Origin: Candidatus Omnitrophota bacterium
GTDB taxonomy: Bacteria; Omnitrophota; Omnitrophia; Omnitrophales; Aquincolibacteriaceae
Length of the DNA: 64,000 bases
Reading direction: 5' to 3'
Assembly: GCA_903884815.1 (NCBI GenBank)
Contig: CAISGE010000023.1
Location: 252-64,251, forward strand
Below the pieces are notes generated by a model. The model was not told the DNA's origin, did no database searches, and saw only the letters and a list, made by a program, of their open reading frames with translations. The first letter of the stretch is position 1. Every line of letters starts with the position of its first letter. A program made the position numbers and the translations under genes. Shown here in pieces: positions 20,279-31,776 of the stretch.

Positions 20279-21072
20279 AACCGCTCAAGGCCCAGTACCA
20301 CACTCAGATAGAAATAGACGACAGGCACCGTAAAGAGAAGACTGTCCATCACATCCAGCATTCCTCCAAGCCCCGGAATATTCCCAGAATCTTTGACACC
20401 CGCGTCCCGCTTGATCAGACTTTCCGCGAGATCCCCCAAGAGCGCCAAAGCCCCGACCGCGGCCCCGAGGATCAGCAAATGGACCGGCGCAACATGGAGA
20501 TAAAAAACGGACCCGACCGACAGACCGATCGTCGCAACCATTTGGGCGATCGCGCCTTCAATGGATTTCTTGGGACTCACATGCTCGAGCAGTTTCGTCT
20601 TCCCGAATTTTTTACCGATGAAATAGGCGGCCATGTCCCCGCCCTTGACGGTCAGGATCGTATAAGCCACCCAAGCCGACCCCTCCGGTAAAAGCTTGAT
20701 CTTGATCAGATAGGAAAAAAACCATGCCACATAGATGATCCCGAACACGCTGACGGAGACGCTGGTGATGGTCTTGTCCGGCGAACGACGGTTAAACAGG
20801 AAAATAAAAAGCGCCACAATGACCATCAGAAGATTCGTGGGCTGCAGCGAAAAATACGCGGAAAAAGGAAGGAGCGCGCCGAAGAAAAGCCCGAAGCCCC
20901 GGTTGACCAGCAAACCCTTCTGCTCCGCGAGCGAGAAGAACTCGTTCAGCCCCATGAGGATGAACGCTTCCACCAATAAAAAGAAAAACCAATGCGGTAA
21001 ATAAAAGATCGAAGCCACGGAAACCGGGATCAAGATAGCCGAGATCAAGATCCGCTTCACAAGCTGGCTCAT
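20275..21072 (-). CDS. cdsA: Phosphatidate cytidylyltransferase
   Basis: SPKKSIEG, GDLAESLIKRDAGVKDSGNIPGLGGMLD; start placed at the ATG overlapping the uppS stop. Confidence 0.95.
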   Translation of the reverse strand: MSQLVKRILISAILIPVSVASIFYLPHWFFFLLVEAFILMGLNEFFSLAEQKGLLVNRGFGLFFGALLPFSAYFSLQPTNLLMVIVALFIFLFNRRSPDKTITSVSVSVFGIIYVAWFFSYLIKIKLLPEGSAWVAYTILTVKGGDMAAYFIGKKFGKTKLLEHVSPKKSIEGAIAQMVATIGLSVGSVFYLHVAPVHLLILGAAVGALALLGDLAESLIKRDAGVKDSGNIPGLGGMLDVMDSLLFTVPVVYFYLSVVLGLERL

Positions 21073-21797
21073 GTTTTTCCTCCCGTGACCGCGCAAGTGT
21101 CGCCGAAGCGCCGTTCCCGCCCTTTGTAATCTTCCAGGGCCTTCTCGAATTCATCGCGGGTGAATTCCGGCCAGCATTTCTGAGTGATATAAAGCTCGGC
21201 GTAAGAGATCTGCCACAAAAGAAAGTTACTGATCCGAAACTCCCCGCTTGTGCGGATCAAAAGCTCCGGATCCGGCATCCCGGCCGTATACAGATTCGCG
21301 GAAAACGTTTCCTCGTTAATCCCGGAAGGCTCAATCTCCCCGCGGACCGCCTGCTCCGCGATCTTCTGGCATGCCCGCAGGATCTCCCGGCGACTCGAAT
21401 AGCTTAAAGCAAAGGTCACGACAAGTCCCGTGTTCTTCCTGGAGTTTTCCATGGCCTGGGTAAGTTTTTTTTGTAAAAACTCGGCGAGATCCCCGATTTC
21501 CCCGATCACATTAAAAACACAGTTGTTCTTGATCAAGGTTTCGATCTTTTTGTCGAGATAAGCGGACAAAAGGCCCATGAGAAACGCGACTTCGTCTTTG
21601 GGGCGGCGCCAATTCTCCTTGGAGAAGGCGTACAGGGTCAGATAGCGAATGCCTTTGTCTTGGGCGGCCTGAATGATCTCTTCGATGCGCTGAACGCCGA
21701 CCTCATGTCCTTGAACTCGGAGAAGCCCCTGTTTTTTCGCCCAGCGTCCGTTGCCATCCATGATGATCGCAACGTGCTGGGGGATCGGGTTTGGCAT
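21069..21797 (-). CDS. uppS: Undecaprenyl diphosphate synthase
   Basis: HVAIIMDGNGRWA, FSKENWRRP, LIRTSGEFRISNFLLWQ. Confidence 0.98.
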   Translation of the reverse strand: MPNPIPQHVAIIMDGNGRWAKKQGLLRVQGHEVGVQRIEEIIQAAQDKGIRYLTLYAFSKENWRRPKDEVAFLMGLLSAYLDKKIETLIKNNCVFNVIGEIGDLAEFLQKKLTQAMENSRKNTGLVVTFALSYSSRREILRACQKIAEQAVRGEIEPSGINEETFSANLYTAGMPDPELLIRTSGEFRISNFLLWQISYAELYITQKCWPEFTRDEFEKALEDYKGRERRFGDTCAVTGGKT

Positions 21798-21972
21798 GTC
21801 CTGGCCTCAATAGTCTTTTAAAAAAAGGCTTCCAGGACTAGTCCCATCAACCTTTAAATTTTCCGATGATGGAGGATGGGGCATGTCCTGGCCTCAATAG
21901 TTTTTTGAAAAAAGGGTGCCGGAACTAGTCCCATCGACCTTTAAATCTTCTGATAATGGAGGATTGGGCATG
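21793..21972. repeat. 87-bp tandem repeat (two units plus the uppS start)
   Basis: Minus-strand ATGs at 21971, 21884 and 21797, exactly 87 bp apart; units share GGCATGTCCTGGCCTCAATAGT..ACTAGTCCCATC.ACCTTTAAAT. Confidence 0.92.
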
Positions 21973-21980
21973 AAGGGATC

Positions 21981-24856
<2,876 letters not shown>

Positions 24857-24942
24857 TTTTCAGTCTCCCTTAAATGAATAATGGCTTTGGCAAAAAAACG
24901 GGAACAGACATCATTGTTTGAATGATGCCTGCCCCCTTACAA

Positions 24943-26064
24943 CTATTTACAGGAACAGCAGCACGAGGAACCGGAGGAGGACTTCATCTCTTTGAGTGTC
25001 TCGCCCAACACTTTGAGGCCCTTTTCGATATCCTGTTTCGTGATCGCGCCCATGTGGCAAATGCGGACGACCTTGCCCTTCATCTGATCGCCTTGACCAC
25101 CGGCCATGGCGATCCCTTTTTCGTCACGCATGACCTCACAAAGCTTCTCTCCATCGATCCCTTCGGGCAACCACGCTGCGGTCACCGTCGAAGAAGCGGC
25201 TTTGGAGAAAAGCTTCAGGCCCATTTTCTGGAGGGATTCCCGCGTAAAAGTCGCGTTCGCGGCGCAACGTTTGAAAACATTCTCGATCCCTTCCTGTTCT
25301 ATGAGATCAAGCGACTTTTGCAACCCGATCACAAGCGTGAGCGCCGGAGTCCAGGGCGTGTCGCTGTCCTTCAGGGATTTCTCATAATACTTGAGATCAT
25401 AGTAGAACTTCGGCAATTTGGCCGCCGCCATACGGCTTCTGGCCTTTTCGCTCACGCTCAGGAACGCAAGTCCCGGAGGAAGCATCAGGGCTTTCTGCGA
25501 ACCGCTGACCACAAGGTCCACGTGCCAGTTGTCGGTCTCAAGACGATCGGCACCGAGTCCCGAAATAGCGTCCACGATCAAAAGGGCGTTCGTCTTGGCA
25601 ACGATCTCCCCGATCGCTTTGATATCACTCAGCACCGCTGTCGATGTTTCGCAAAGCTGGACGCAAACGGCCTTAATGTCCGGGTCTTTCTGCAACGCTT
25701 CCTCGATCAACTTCGGCTGGGGCGCTTCCCCGTACGGAACCTTCAGACTGATCGCGTTCAATCCGAACGCCTTGGCGATCAACGTAAAACGCTCGGCGAA
25801 CTTCCCGTTCTCCACCACAAGGACTTTGTCTCCCGCGGAGTGAAAATTGACCAGGGCCGCTTCCATCGCCAGGCTCCCCGAGCCGGCAAATGTGTAAACG
25901 GGATTCTTGGTCAGAAACACCTTTTTCAAACGCTCGGAGGCATCCCCGAAGATCTTGCGATACTTCGGCGTGCGATGGTGGAAAATAGGCTCCGCCATGA
26001 CCTTACGGGTAACTTCAGGAACAGGGGTGGGACCGGGCGTTAAGAGAATCGTGGGCTGGCTCAT
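24943..26064 (-). CDS. Class V PLP aminotransferase (serine-pyruvate / SerC-like)
   Basis: [29 protein letters not shown]; directly upstream of serA. Confidence 0.9.
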   Translation of the reverse strand: MSQPTILLTPGPTPVPEVTRKVMAEPIFHHRTPKYRKIFGDASERLKKVFLTKNPVYTFAGSGSLAMEAALVNFHSAGDKVLVVENGKFAERFTLIAKAFGLNAISLKVPYGEAPQPKLIEEALQKDPDIKAVCVQLCETSTAVLSDIKAIGEIVAKTNALLIVDAISGLGADRLETDNWHVDLVVSGSQKALMLPPGLAFLSVSEKARSRMAAAKLPKFYYDLKYYEKSLKDSDTPWTPALTLVIGLQKSLDLIEQEGIENVFKRCAANATFTRESLQKMGLKLFSKAASSTVTAAWLPEGIDGEKLCEVMRDEKGIAMAGGQGDQMKGKVVRICHMGAITKQDIEKGLKVLGETLKEMKSSSGSSCCCSCK

Positions 26065-26663
26065 GTTTTTGGAACCTCCATGCGGTTTGTGACGACATGA
26101 TCGACGATACCATAATTTTTGGCTTCTTCGGCGGACATAAAATAATCGCGATCCGTATCTTTCTCAATCTGTTCGATCGACTTTCCAGTATGATGCGCAA
26201 GGATCCCGTTCAACTGATCTCTGAGTTTCAGGATCTCTTTGGCCTGAATATGGATGTCCGCGGCGGTCCCCTGCGTGCCGCCCCACGGCTGATGGATCAT
26301 GACGCGAGCATTCGGCAGGGCGTAACGCTTCCCTTTGGTGCCGGCCGCGAGAAGAAGCGATCCCATGCTGGCCGCTTGGCCGAGGCAATAGGTCGCGACG
26401 TCGCATTTCACGAAACGCATGGTGTCATAGATGGCAAGACCCGCAGTCACGGAGCCGCCGGGAGAATTCACGTAGACATTGATATCCTTGCCCGGTTCTT
26501 CCATATTAAGGAAAAGGATCTGGGCAATGATCAGATTCGCGATCACATCATCGATCGGCGTTCCGATAAAAACAATGCGCTCTTTTAGTAGCCGGGAGTA
26601 AATATCGTAGGAGCGCTCCCCTTTGCTTGTCTGCTCGACGACCATCGGGACCAAGTAGCTCAT
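26061..26663 (-). CDS. clpP: ATP-dependent Clp protease proteolytic subunit
   Basis: [33 protein letters not shown]. Confidence 0.98.
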   Translation of the reverse strand: MSYLVPMVVEQTSKGERSYDIYSRLLKERIVFIGTPIDDVIANLIIAQILFLNMEEPGKDINVYVNSPGGSVTAGLAIYDTMRFVKCDVATYCLGQAASMGSLLLAAGTKGKRYALPNARVMIHQPWGGTQGTAADIHIQAKEILKLRDQLNGILAHHTGKSIEQIEKDTDRDYFMSAEEAKNYGIVDHVVTNRMEVPKT

Positions 26664-26715
26664 AGAACCCCCCTCAGACTAGAGACCCAGACAAGCAACC
26701 ACCGCCTGGGATCAG

Positions 26716-28071
26716 TTATTTAGTTTTGGCGTTCAGCTTTAAAAAATCAATGACCTTTTCGTTCCGGATCTGGTCCAGCAAGGTCTCGCGGGCTTCTTTT
26801 TTTCCTTCGTAATATTTCTCGATCGTTTCCTTCGGCTGGCGGTACTGCTGGCTCAAAAGCTCGTATTTCTTGACGAGGTCCGTCTCGTCCGCCTTGATCG
26901 CCTGCGTGTCCGCGATCTCGTCCAGAAGAAAAGCGATGTGGATCTGGCGACGCGCCTCAGCGTCGAATTCCTTGACCATCTTTTCCTTTTCCTTGTCAAA
27001 AAGTTCGTCGGTCCCGCCCTGCTGAACAAAACGTTGGCGCGCCTGATCGGTAAGATACTCTGCCCGGCGCTGCAAAAGGCCTGCCGGCAAATCGATCTTG
27101 TTATGCTTGACCAGTTCATTGAGAAGCTCGCGCTCGAATGCAGCCTCTTTTTCCTCGAAAGCGCGCTTCTCGAGATCCGCGGTCAATTTCTGTTTCAGAT
27201 CGTTCAGATCCTTATAGTCCCCCGCCAACTTGGCCAATTCATCATCCAGCGACGGAAGCGTCTTTTCCTTGATCTCCTTGACCTTCATTTTGAAAACCGC
27301 CGTCTTCCCGGCCGCCCGCTTGTCCGCCATATCCTGAGGAAAGGAGATCTGGACATCCTTCTCATCGCCGACATTCACGCCCACGAGTTGTGTTGAAAAA
27401 CCCTTCAAATATTCTTCTTCTTTGAGCTCGATCCAGTCGTCATTGCGCTTTTCCACTTCTTTGCCGTCGACCGAGCAAACGTAGTCCGTGATCACAAAAT
27501 CCCCCATCTTCGCCGCACGTCCTTCAATCGCCTTGTATTGAGCGTGCATCTCCTGGGTTTGTTTGAGGGACTTCTCAATTTCCTCGGGCTTGATGACGAC
27601 CTTTTCCTTCTTGGCACTCAGGCCGGTCACGCGAGAAAGCTTGATCTTCGGACGAACCTCGACATGAGCTTTATAAGAGAGCTTGTCTTTAGTGAACTGA
27701 ATATCCTTGATCTCAGGCGTGGTGAGCGGGCTCAGGTCCTTTTCGCGAAGCGCCCTGGGCAGAGACTCGGAAAGGAGCGTCTCAAGCACCGAATCGTTGG
27801 CGTTCTTCTCATAATGCATCACCAGCACATCCCGAGGCACTTTGCCGGGGCGGAAACCCGGCACCTTGGCACGGGGAGCGATCGCCTTGTAAAAAGATTC
27901 AAACTCTTCACTAATACGCTCCGGCGCGACCTCAATCGTTAGGATCTTTTCACAAGACTTGCCGTCCTGCAATTTGATCTTAAGTGTAGAAGCCTGCGCT
28001 TCAACGGCGTCGGAATGGGAGTGATCTTCCTCGAGGCATTCATTTTCCTTTTTGAGTGACACAGAAACCAC
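26716..28071 (-). CDS. tig: Trigger factor (exact start uncertain)
   Basis: VPGFRPGKVP ribosome-binding motif, FKBP-type domain; upstream of clpP. Confidence 0.95.
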   Translation of the reverse strand: MVSVSLKKENECLEEDHSHSDAVEAQASTLKIKLQDGKSCEKILTIEVAPERISEEFESFYKAIAPRAKVPGFRPGKVPRDVLVMHYEKNANDSVLETLLSESLPRALREKDLSPLTTPEIKDIQFTKDKLSYKAHVEVRPKIKLSRVTGLSAKKEKVVIKPEEIEKSLKQTQEMHAQYKAIEGRAAKMGDFVITDYVCSVDGKEVEKRNDDWIELKEEEYLKGFSTQLVGVNVGDEKDVQISFPQDMADKRAAGKTAVFKMKVKEIKEKTLPSLDDELAKLAGDYKDLNDLKQKLTADLEKRAFEEKEAAFERELLNELVKHNKIDLPAGLLQRRAEYLTDQARQRFVQQGGTDELFDKEKEKMVKEFDAEARRQIHIAFLLDEIADTQAIKADETDLVKKYELLSQQYRQPKETIEKYYEGKKEARETLLDQIRNEKVIDFLKLNAKTK

Positions 28072-28099
28072 CTTATCTATTGAACTTATCTATTTAAAT

Positions 28100-28173
28100 T
28101 GGAGCGAGTGGAGGGAATCGAACCCTCGTAGCTGCCTTGGCAAGGCAGAGCATTACCACTATGCTACACTCGC
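28100..28173 (-). tRNA. tRNA-Gly(GCC), CCA encoded
   Basis: GCGAGTG acceptor stem, CTGCC-TTGCCAA-GGCAG anticodon arm, GGTTCGATTCC, ends CTCGCTCCA. Confidence 0.95.
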
Positions 28174-28344
28174 TTGTCAGATGAGACCTGCGATTCTCGG
28201 GAGGCCGTATTCTAGTCCCAATACTTATCAATTTCAACTTTGTTGAAATTGGGGCTATCCTTGTCACCATTTGAAAAACAACAATGAACAGGGATAGAAG
28301 TGCGTCCTACCTTTGTCAAATAAACTGCCGACATCGATTCGAAA

Positions 28345-28493
28345 TGCGGCCGGAGGGACTTGGCGCCTCCGCTTCGCTACGGTCGGCCACCCGTCCCGCA
28401 CTTATGACATAAGTCATAAGTGCCAGCGGGACTCCCTTCAAGTCCCTCTTCCTTTGCATCGCCGTAGGCAGTGGTCCTTCTACTGCCACGGCG
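28345..28493. repeat. tRNA-linked structured element, copy 1 (downstream of tRNA-Leu)
   Basis: 18-bp direct copy of the tRNA-Leu 3' end, 32-bp conserved core, 11-bp hairpin, inverted T-loop copy, further hairpin at 28460-28493. Confidence 0.85.
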
Positions 28494-28517
28494 TCGTACT
28501 TGTTCATGGAGAACAAG

Positions 28518-28599
28518 TGCGGCCGGAGGGACTTGAACCCCCATCCCTTACGGGACAAGATCCTAAGTCTTGCGCGTCTGCCAGTTTCGCCACGGCCGC
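28518..28599 (-). tRNA. tRNA-Leu(TAG)
   Basis: GCGGCCG acceptor stem, CAAGA-CTTAGGA-TCTTG anticodon arm, long variable arm, GGTTCAAGTCC. Confidence 0.95.
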
Positions 28600-28620
28600 A
28601 AAAACTTAGCAAAGAAAAAA

Positions 28621-28768
28621 GTGCGCACTGAAGAAGTCGGCGCCTCCGCTTCGCTCCGGTCGGCCACCCGCGCCATAAACATGACCCCCGTCATGTTTAT
28701 AATCAGCGCTCCCTTCGAATCCTTCAGCACGAAGTGCAGTGGTCGCAGAGGGCTTTCTCTAAGCCCTC
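28621..28768. repeat. tRNA-linked structured element, copy 2 (downstream of tRNA-Lys)
   Basis: 17/19 direct copy of the tRNA-Lys 3' end, same 32-bp core (31/32), 11-bp hairpin, inverted T-loop copy, further hairpin at 28748-28768. Confidence 0.85.
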
Positions 28769-28875
28769 ACGGCACCGCCTGATCTTCATTAATTTTCCAA
28801 TAGAGATCAGTTCTGTCCTGGCTTCTCATAAAAACTATATTGAAAGCCAGGACGTACTTATTCAGCAAGAAAAAG

Positions 28876-28948
28876 TGCGCCCTGAAGGAGTCGAACCTTC
28901 GACCCAGTGATTAAGAGTCACTTGCTCTACCAACTGAGCTAAGGGCGC
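28876..28948 (-). tRNA. tRNA-Lys(CTT)
   Basis: GCGCCCT acceptor stem, AGTGA-CTCTTAA-TCACT anticodon arm, GGTTCGACTCC. Confidence 0.95.
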
Positions 28949-29023
28949 AAAACTTATAAAGACACCAAAAAATATTCCCGACAGCTCATTCCGCACCGTG
29001 GGTTTGAGCGCCAAAGAGCGGGT

Positions 29024-29052
29024 ATTGTACTCAAGAAGCCCCGATTTTACAA
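29024..29052 (-). promoter_or_regulatory. Putative sigma70 promoter of the tRNA-Lys/Leu/Gly run
   Basis: Minus strand TTGTAA-N17-TACAAT about 75 bp upstream of tRNA-Lys. Confidence 0.65.
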
Positions 29053-29143
29053 GAAAGGGATTTGTGGTTTTTTTTAACACCTCCAACCGATTCGTTGGTT
29101 GCTTTTTGACTTCAAAACCTCATAATACGCGGGAGGAAATCAT

Positions 29144-29995
29144 ATGCCTAAAAGGACTCTCCCCGCTCTATTCGTTGCAGTCGTTCTCTTGATACTCCTG
29201 GGACTTGCCCTTTGGGTCATCCCCTGCCTCCCAGAGATCGAACGTAAACTCTTGGAACAGGCGGCCAATCGTTCTTCTCAGGAATATTTCGCAGGATCGA
29301 TCTGTATAGGGAAAGTCGCCCTGGACCGGCACGGGAAGATCCGGATCGAAGGGCTCTCAGGCAGCCTCCAAACCCGGCAAGGCCCCGTCCCCCTGGAGAT
29401 AAGGTCTCTGGCCTCCCAGGAAACGCTCCTTTTCTTGATCACCGGGAAACCCGTCCATTTCACCGCTGTGGGCATTCATCCCCGAGGATCTTCACGCCCG
29501 GGAATTTCAGGGACCTTCTGGGTCCAAACACGCCCTGTTCTCCACGTGGAGCTTGCCGCGGACTTTGGAAAGACCGACCTGCAGGATCTGCAGTGGCTGG
29601 ACCCGCAAAACCTCGGCGGCGCGACAGGCGCAATGAAGGGCAATCTCACATTCCGCCAGACTGCAGGTCAAGAACCCGCGTTCAGTATGAACCTTGAAGC
29701 CCCTCAACCCGGCGGCAATATCCAGGCCAAGTTCTTCGATCTCTTCCTCCCCTACCTCCCGTTCTCGATCCAAAAGGAAAGAGTCCAAAAAGTTGTTAAG
29801 AGTCAAAAACTGATTCGTTATGACCAGGCCGCGCTTACTGTCGAGATGGCGCAAAGCGACCTCATAAAAATCCACCTCCAAATCTTCATTCCGGATTATA
29901 ATTTGAAATTGATGCTCAATGCCAATGTACGAACAGACGCAAAAAATGCTTTTTCACAGATCGCCCGGATCATGGGGCTCATCGAGGTAAAATAA
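29144..29995 (+). CDS. Membrane-anchored beta-rich protein, short YdbH/AsmA-like by context
   Basis: N-terminal TM, alternating beta strands, GGAGG RBS; precedes ynbE- and ydbL-like genes. Confidence 0.55.
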   Translation: MPKRTLPALFVAVVLLILLGLALWVIPCLPEIERKLLEQAANRSSQEYFAGSICIGKVALDRHGKIRIEGLSGSLQTRQGPVPLEIRSLASQETLLFLITGKPVHFTAVGIHPRGSSRPGISGTFWVQTRPVLHVELAADFGKTDLQDLQWLDPQNLGGATGAMKGNLTFRQTAGQEPAFSMNLEAPQPGGNIQAKFFDLFLPYLPFSIQKERVQKVVKSQKLIRYDQAALTVEMAQSDLIKIHLQIFIPDYNLKLMLNANVRTDAKNAFSQIARIMGLIEVK

Positions 29996-29996
29996 T

Positions 29997-30185
29997 ATGA
30001 AAGCCATGCCTAAAATCGTCGTTTTATTTCTTGCCCTGATCGCGCTCGCCGGATGTACGGTCAAAGCCGTCGGAGATCCCAATCGGCCGATCACGATCAA
30101 CGCCAACGTCGTCGTGGATATCCGGGGCCTTAAGCAGACCGCCAACAACATTGAAGACATGGTCGCCCAGGGAGGCGCCAAATGA
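29997..30185 (+). CDS. YnbE-like small lipoprotein
   Basis: Lipobox LAGC followed by PITINANVVVDI. Confidence 0.7.
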   Translation: MKAMPKIVVLFLALIALAGCTVKAVGDPNRPITINANVVVDIRGLKQTANNIEDMVAQGGAK

Positions 30186-30223
30186 GACATTCTTCCATTC
30201 CAAATCTAAGGGAGGCTTTTACC

Positions 30224-30634
30224 ATGAAAAAGATCTACACCACGTTGTTTGTCCTGTGTCTGGTTCTGGGAAGCGCCCTACCGGTCTGCAAAGCGGCGGA
30301 TTATGACTTCAAGGAACTCACGCCCGAGATCAAAAAGGCATTAAGCAATCGGCAGACCCGCTACGCCCAGATCCAGGCTCTCAAACGCGAAGGCGTGATC
30401 GGAGAAAACAACAAGGGATATGTCTCCGACTTGAAGAAAGACACCACTTCTACCACGTTGACGGCCGCAGAGAACCGGGACCGCAGGATCATCTATGAAA
30501 ATCTCGCCATCCAAAACAAGCTCGGGAGCACGGGGTTGCTGGAAGTTCAAAGGGCCTTCGCGGAGGTCCAGCGCGACAAGGCCGGTGCCGGGGATATGGT
30601 CCAAACTCCTTCAGGGGATTGGGAAAAGAAATAG
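30224..30634 (+). CDS. YdbL/DUF1318 family periplasmic protein
   Basis: GVIGENNKGY, AENRDR..IY, Q..SGDW motifs; start moved to the ATG after GGAGG. Confidence 0.8.
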   Translation: MKKIYTTLFVLCLVLGSALPVCKAADYDFKELTPEIKKALSNRQTRYAQIQALKREGVIGENNKGYVSDLKKDTTSTTLTAAENRDRRIIYENLAIQNKLGSTGLLEVQRAFAEVQRDKAGAGDMVQTPSGDWEKK

Positions 30635-30643
30635 CCGAAGAAC

Positions 30644-31489
30644 CTAAGGAGCGGTCTTGTAGATCTCGCGTACGCCCCGGGTCGTTTCCTGATATTCCAT
30701 GGCATCCGTGATCAAGGACTTCCCCCCGAGCGGTAATTTCTCAAAGGCTTTTTTGAGGGCCCGAATACGCGCCTCAGTGATGGGACGGGACTGGTAGTAA
30801 TCATAAAAGTAAGGCGTCATCTTCTCCCCCGACTTCAAAAAACGCTCCTGAACATCCATCAAAGCCTCCGGGTCATACCCGGCATTCATGAGATACTTCA
30901 GGGCTAAGGCATCTCCAGCCAGGAGTCGCTCTTCAGGAGTTTTGAAAGTGCTCTCATCATAAGCCTGGAGCAAAACAAGCCCCAAACTCGCCAAGGATCC
31001 CAGAGGCCCGAACATCGGGCCGATCGCTGATCCAGCCTGAGCCGCGGCGTTGACTATGTCATCCCGTTTGGTGAAACGGCGATCCACGGTCTGCAGTTCT
31101 CCGATCTCATGCGCCAGCACCGCGGCGAGTTCCGCTTCGTTCACCAGAAAATTCAGCATCCCGGTGGTAACATAAATGTAGCCGCCCGGCGCGGAGGTCG
31201 CATAGATCTTCTCGCTATAAAGGATCGTAAAACGGTAGTCGAGGTCATGGCGCTTGGCCTGGGCCGCCAAGGAATGTCCCAAGTCTTCGACATATTTGAC
31301 CACTTTGGGATCGGTGTAGGTGTGAAAGGATTTAAGAATCTCGCTGTGAATGGCCTCCCCCGTTTTTTGTTCTTCCGTGAGGTGCGAAACCTTGGGCGAG
31401 ACCGAGGAGCGGTCATATTCAGCAGTTGTCGCGCAGCCGCTCAAAAGAATCAGATAACAACTCGCGAGGGCCATCGTTCTTCGAATCAT
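30644..31489 (-). CDS. M48-family peptidase-like lipoprotein with altered zinc motif
   Basis: Lipobox LSGC, PGGYIYVTTGML..EAELAAVLAHEIGE, AGYDP; start moved to avoid overlap with tRNA-Arg. Confidence 0.82.
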   Translation of the reverse strand: MIRRTMALASCYLILLSGCATTAEYDRSSVSPKVSHLTEEQKTGEAIHSEILKSFHTYTDPKVVKYVEDLGHSLAAQAKRHDLDYRFTILYSEKIYATSAPGGYIYVTTGMLNFLVNEAELAAVLAHEIGELQTVDRRFTKRDDIVNAAAQAGSAIGPMFGPLGSLASLGLVLLQAYDESTFKTPEERLLAGDALALKYLMNAGYDPEALMDVQERFLKSGEKMTPYFYDYYQSRPITEARIRALKKAFEKLPLGGKSLITDAMEYQETTRGVREIYKTAP

Positions 31490-31513
31490 AAAAACCCTAT
31501 CCATTAAAAGAAG

Positions 31514-31587
31514 TGCGCCCAGCAGGGGTCGAACCTGCAACCCTCAGCTCCGAAGGCTGATGCTCTATCCAGTTGAGCTATGGGCGC
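31514..31587 (-). tRNA. tRNA-Arg(TCG)
   Basis: GCGCCCA acceptor stem, TCAGC-CTTCGGA-GCTGA anticodon arm, GGTTCGACCCC. Confidence 0.95.
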
Positions 31588-31776
31588 AAACCACCTTGAT
31601 TTTTCTTTTAATAAAAGCTTGTTTGCGCCAATCCTGGCTTCTTTCAATTTCAAAATAAAGCCAGGACGGGCGCCTGAGACCTGTTGATGCTCTACACTTT
31701 CCGCCAAAACTTATTATTTCTTTTCCAAAATGGAAGTTTGGACGGCCCCAATCTCCGCTTCGCGCGCCCAGTTGAG

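Noticed and set aside
21807-21896. TGA recoding or selenocysteine read-through into uppS
   Set aside because: TGA is used as a normal stop throughout the window, uppS is complete from 21797, and no SECIS-like hairpin could be supported.
26061-28071. tig-clpP without clpX
   Set aside because: clpX is often encoded elsewhere; not informative from one window.
28345-28535. Intact prophage or genomic island at tRNA-Leu
   Set aside because: Only about 155 bp lie between the duplicated ends and there is no integrase; reported as a structured repeat instead.
28052-29192. Short ORFs across the tRNA cluster
   Set aside because: They overlap tRNA genes and repeats and have no coding signal.
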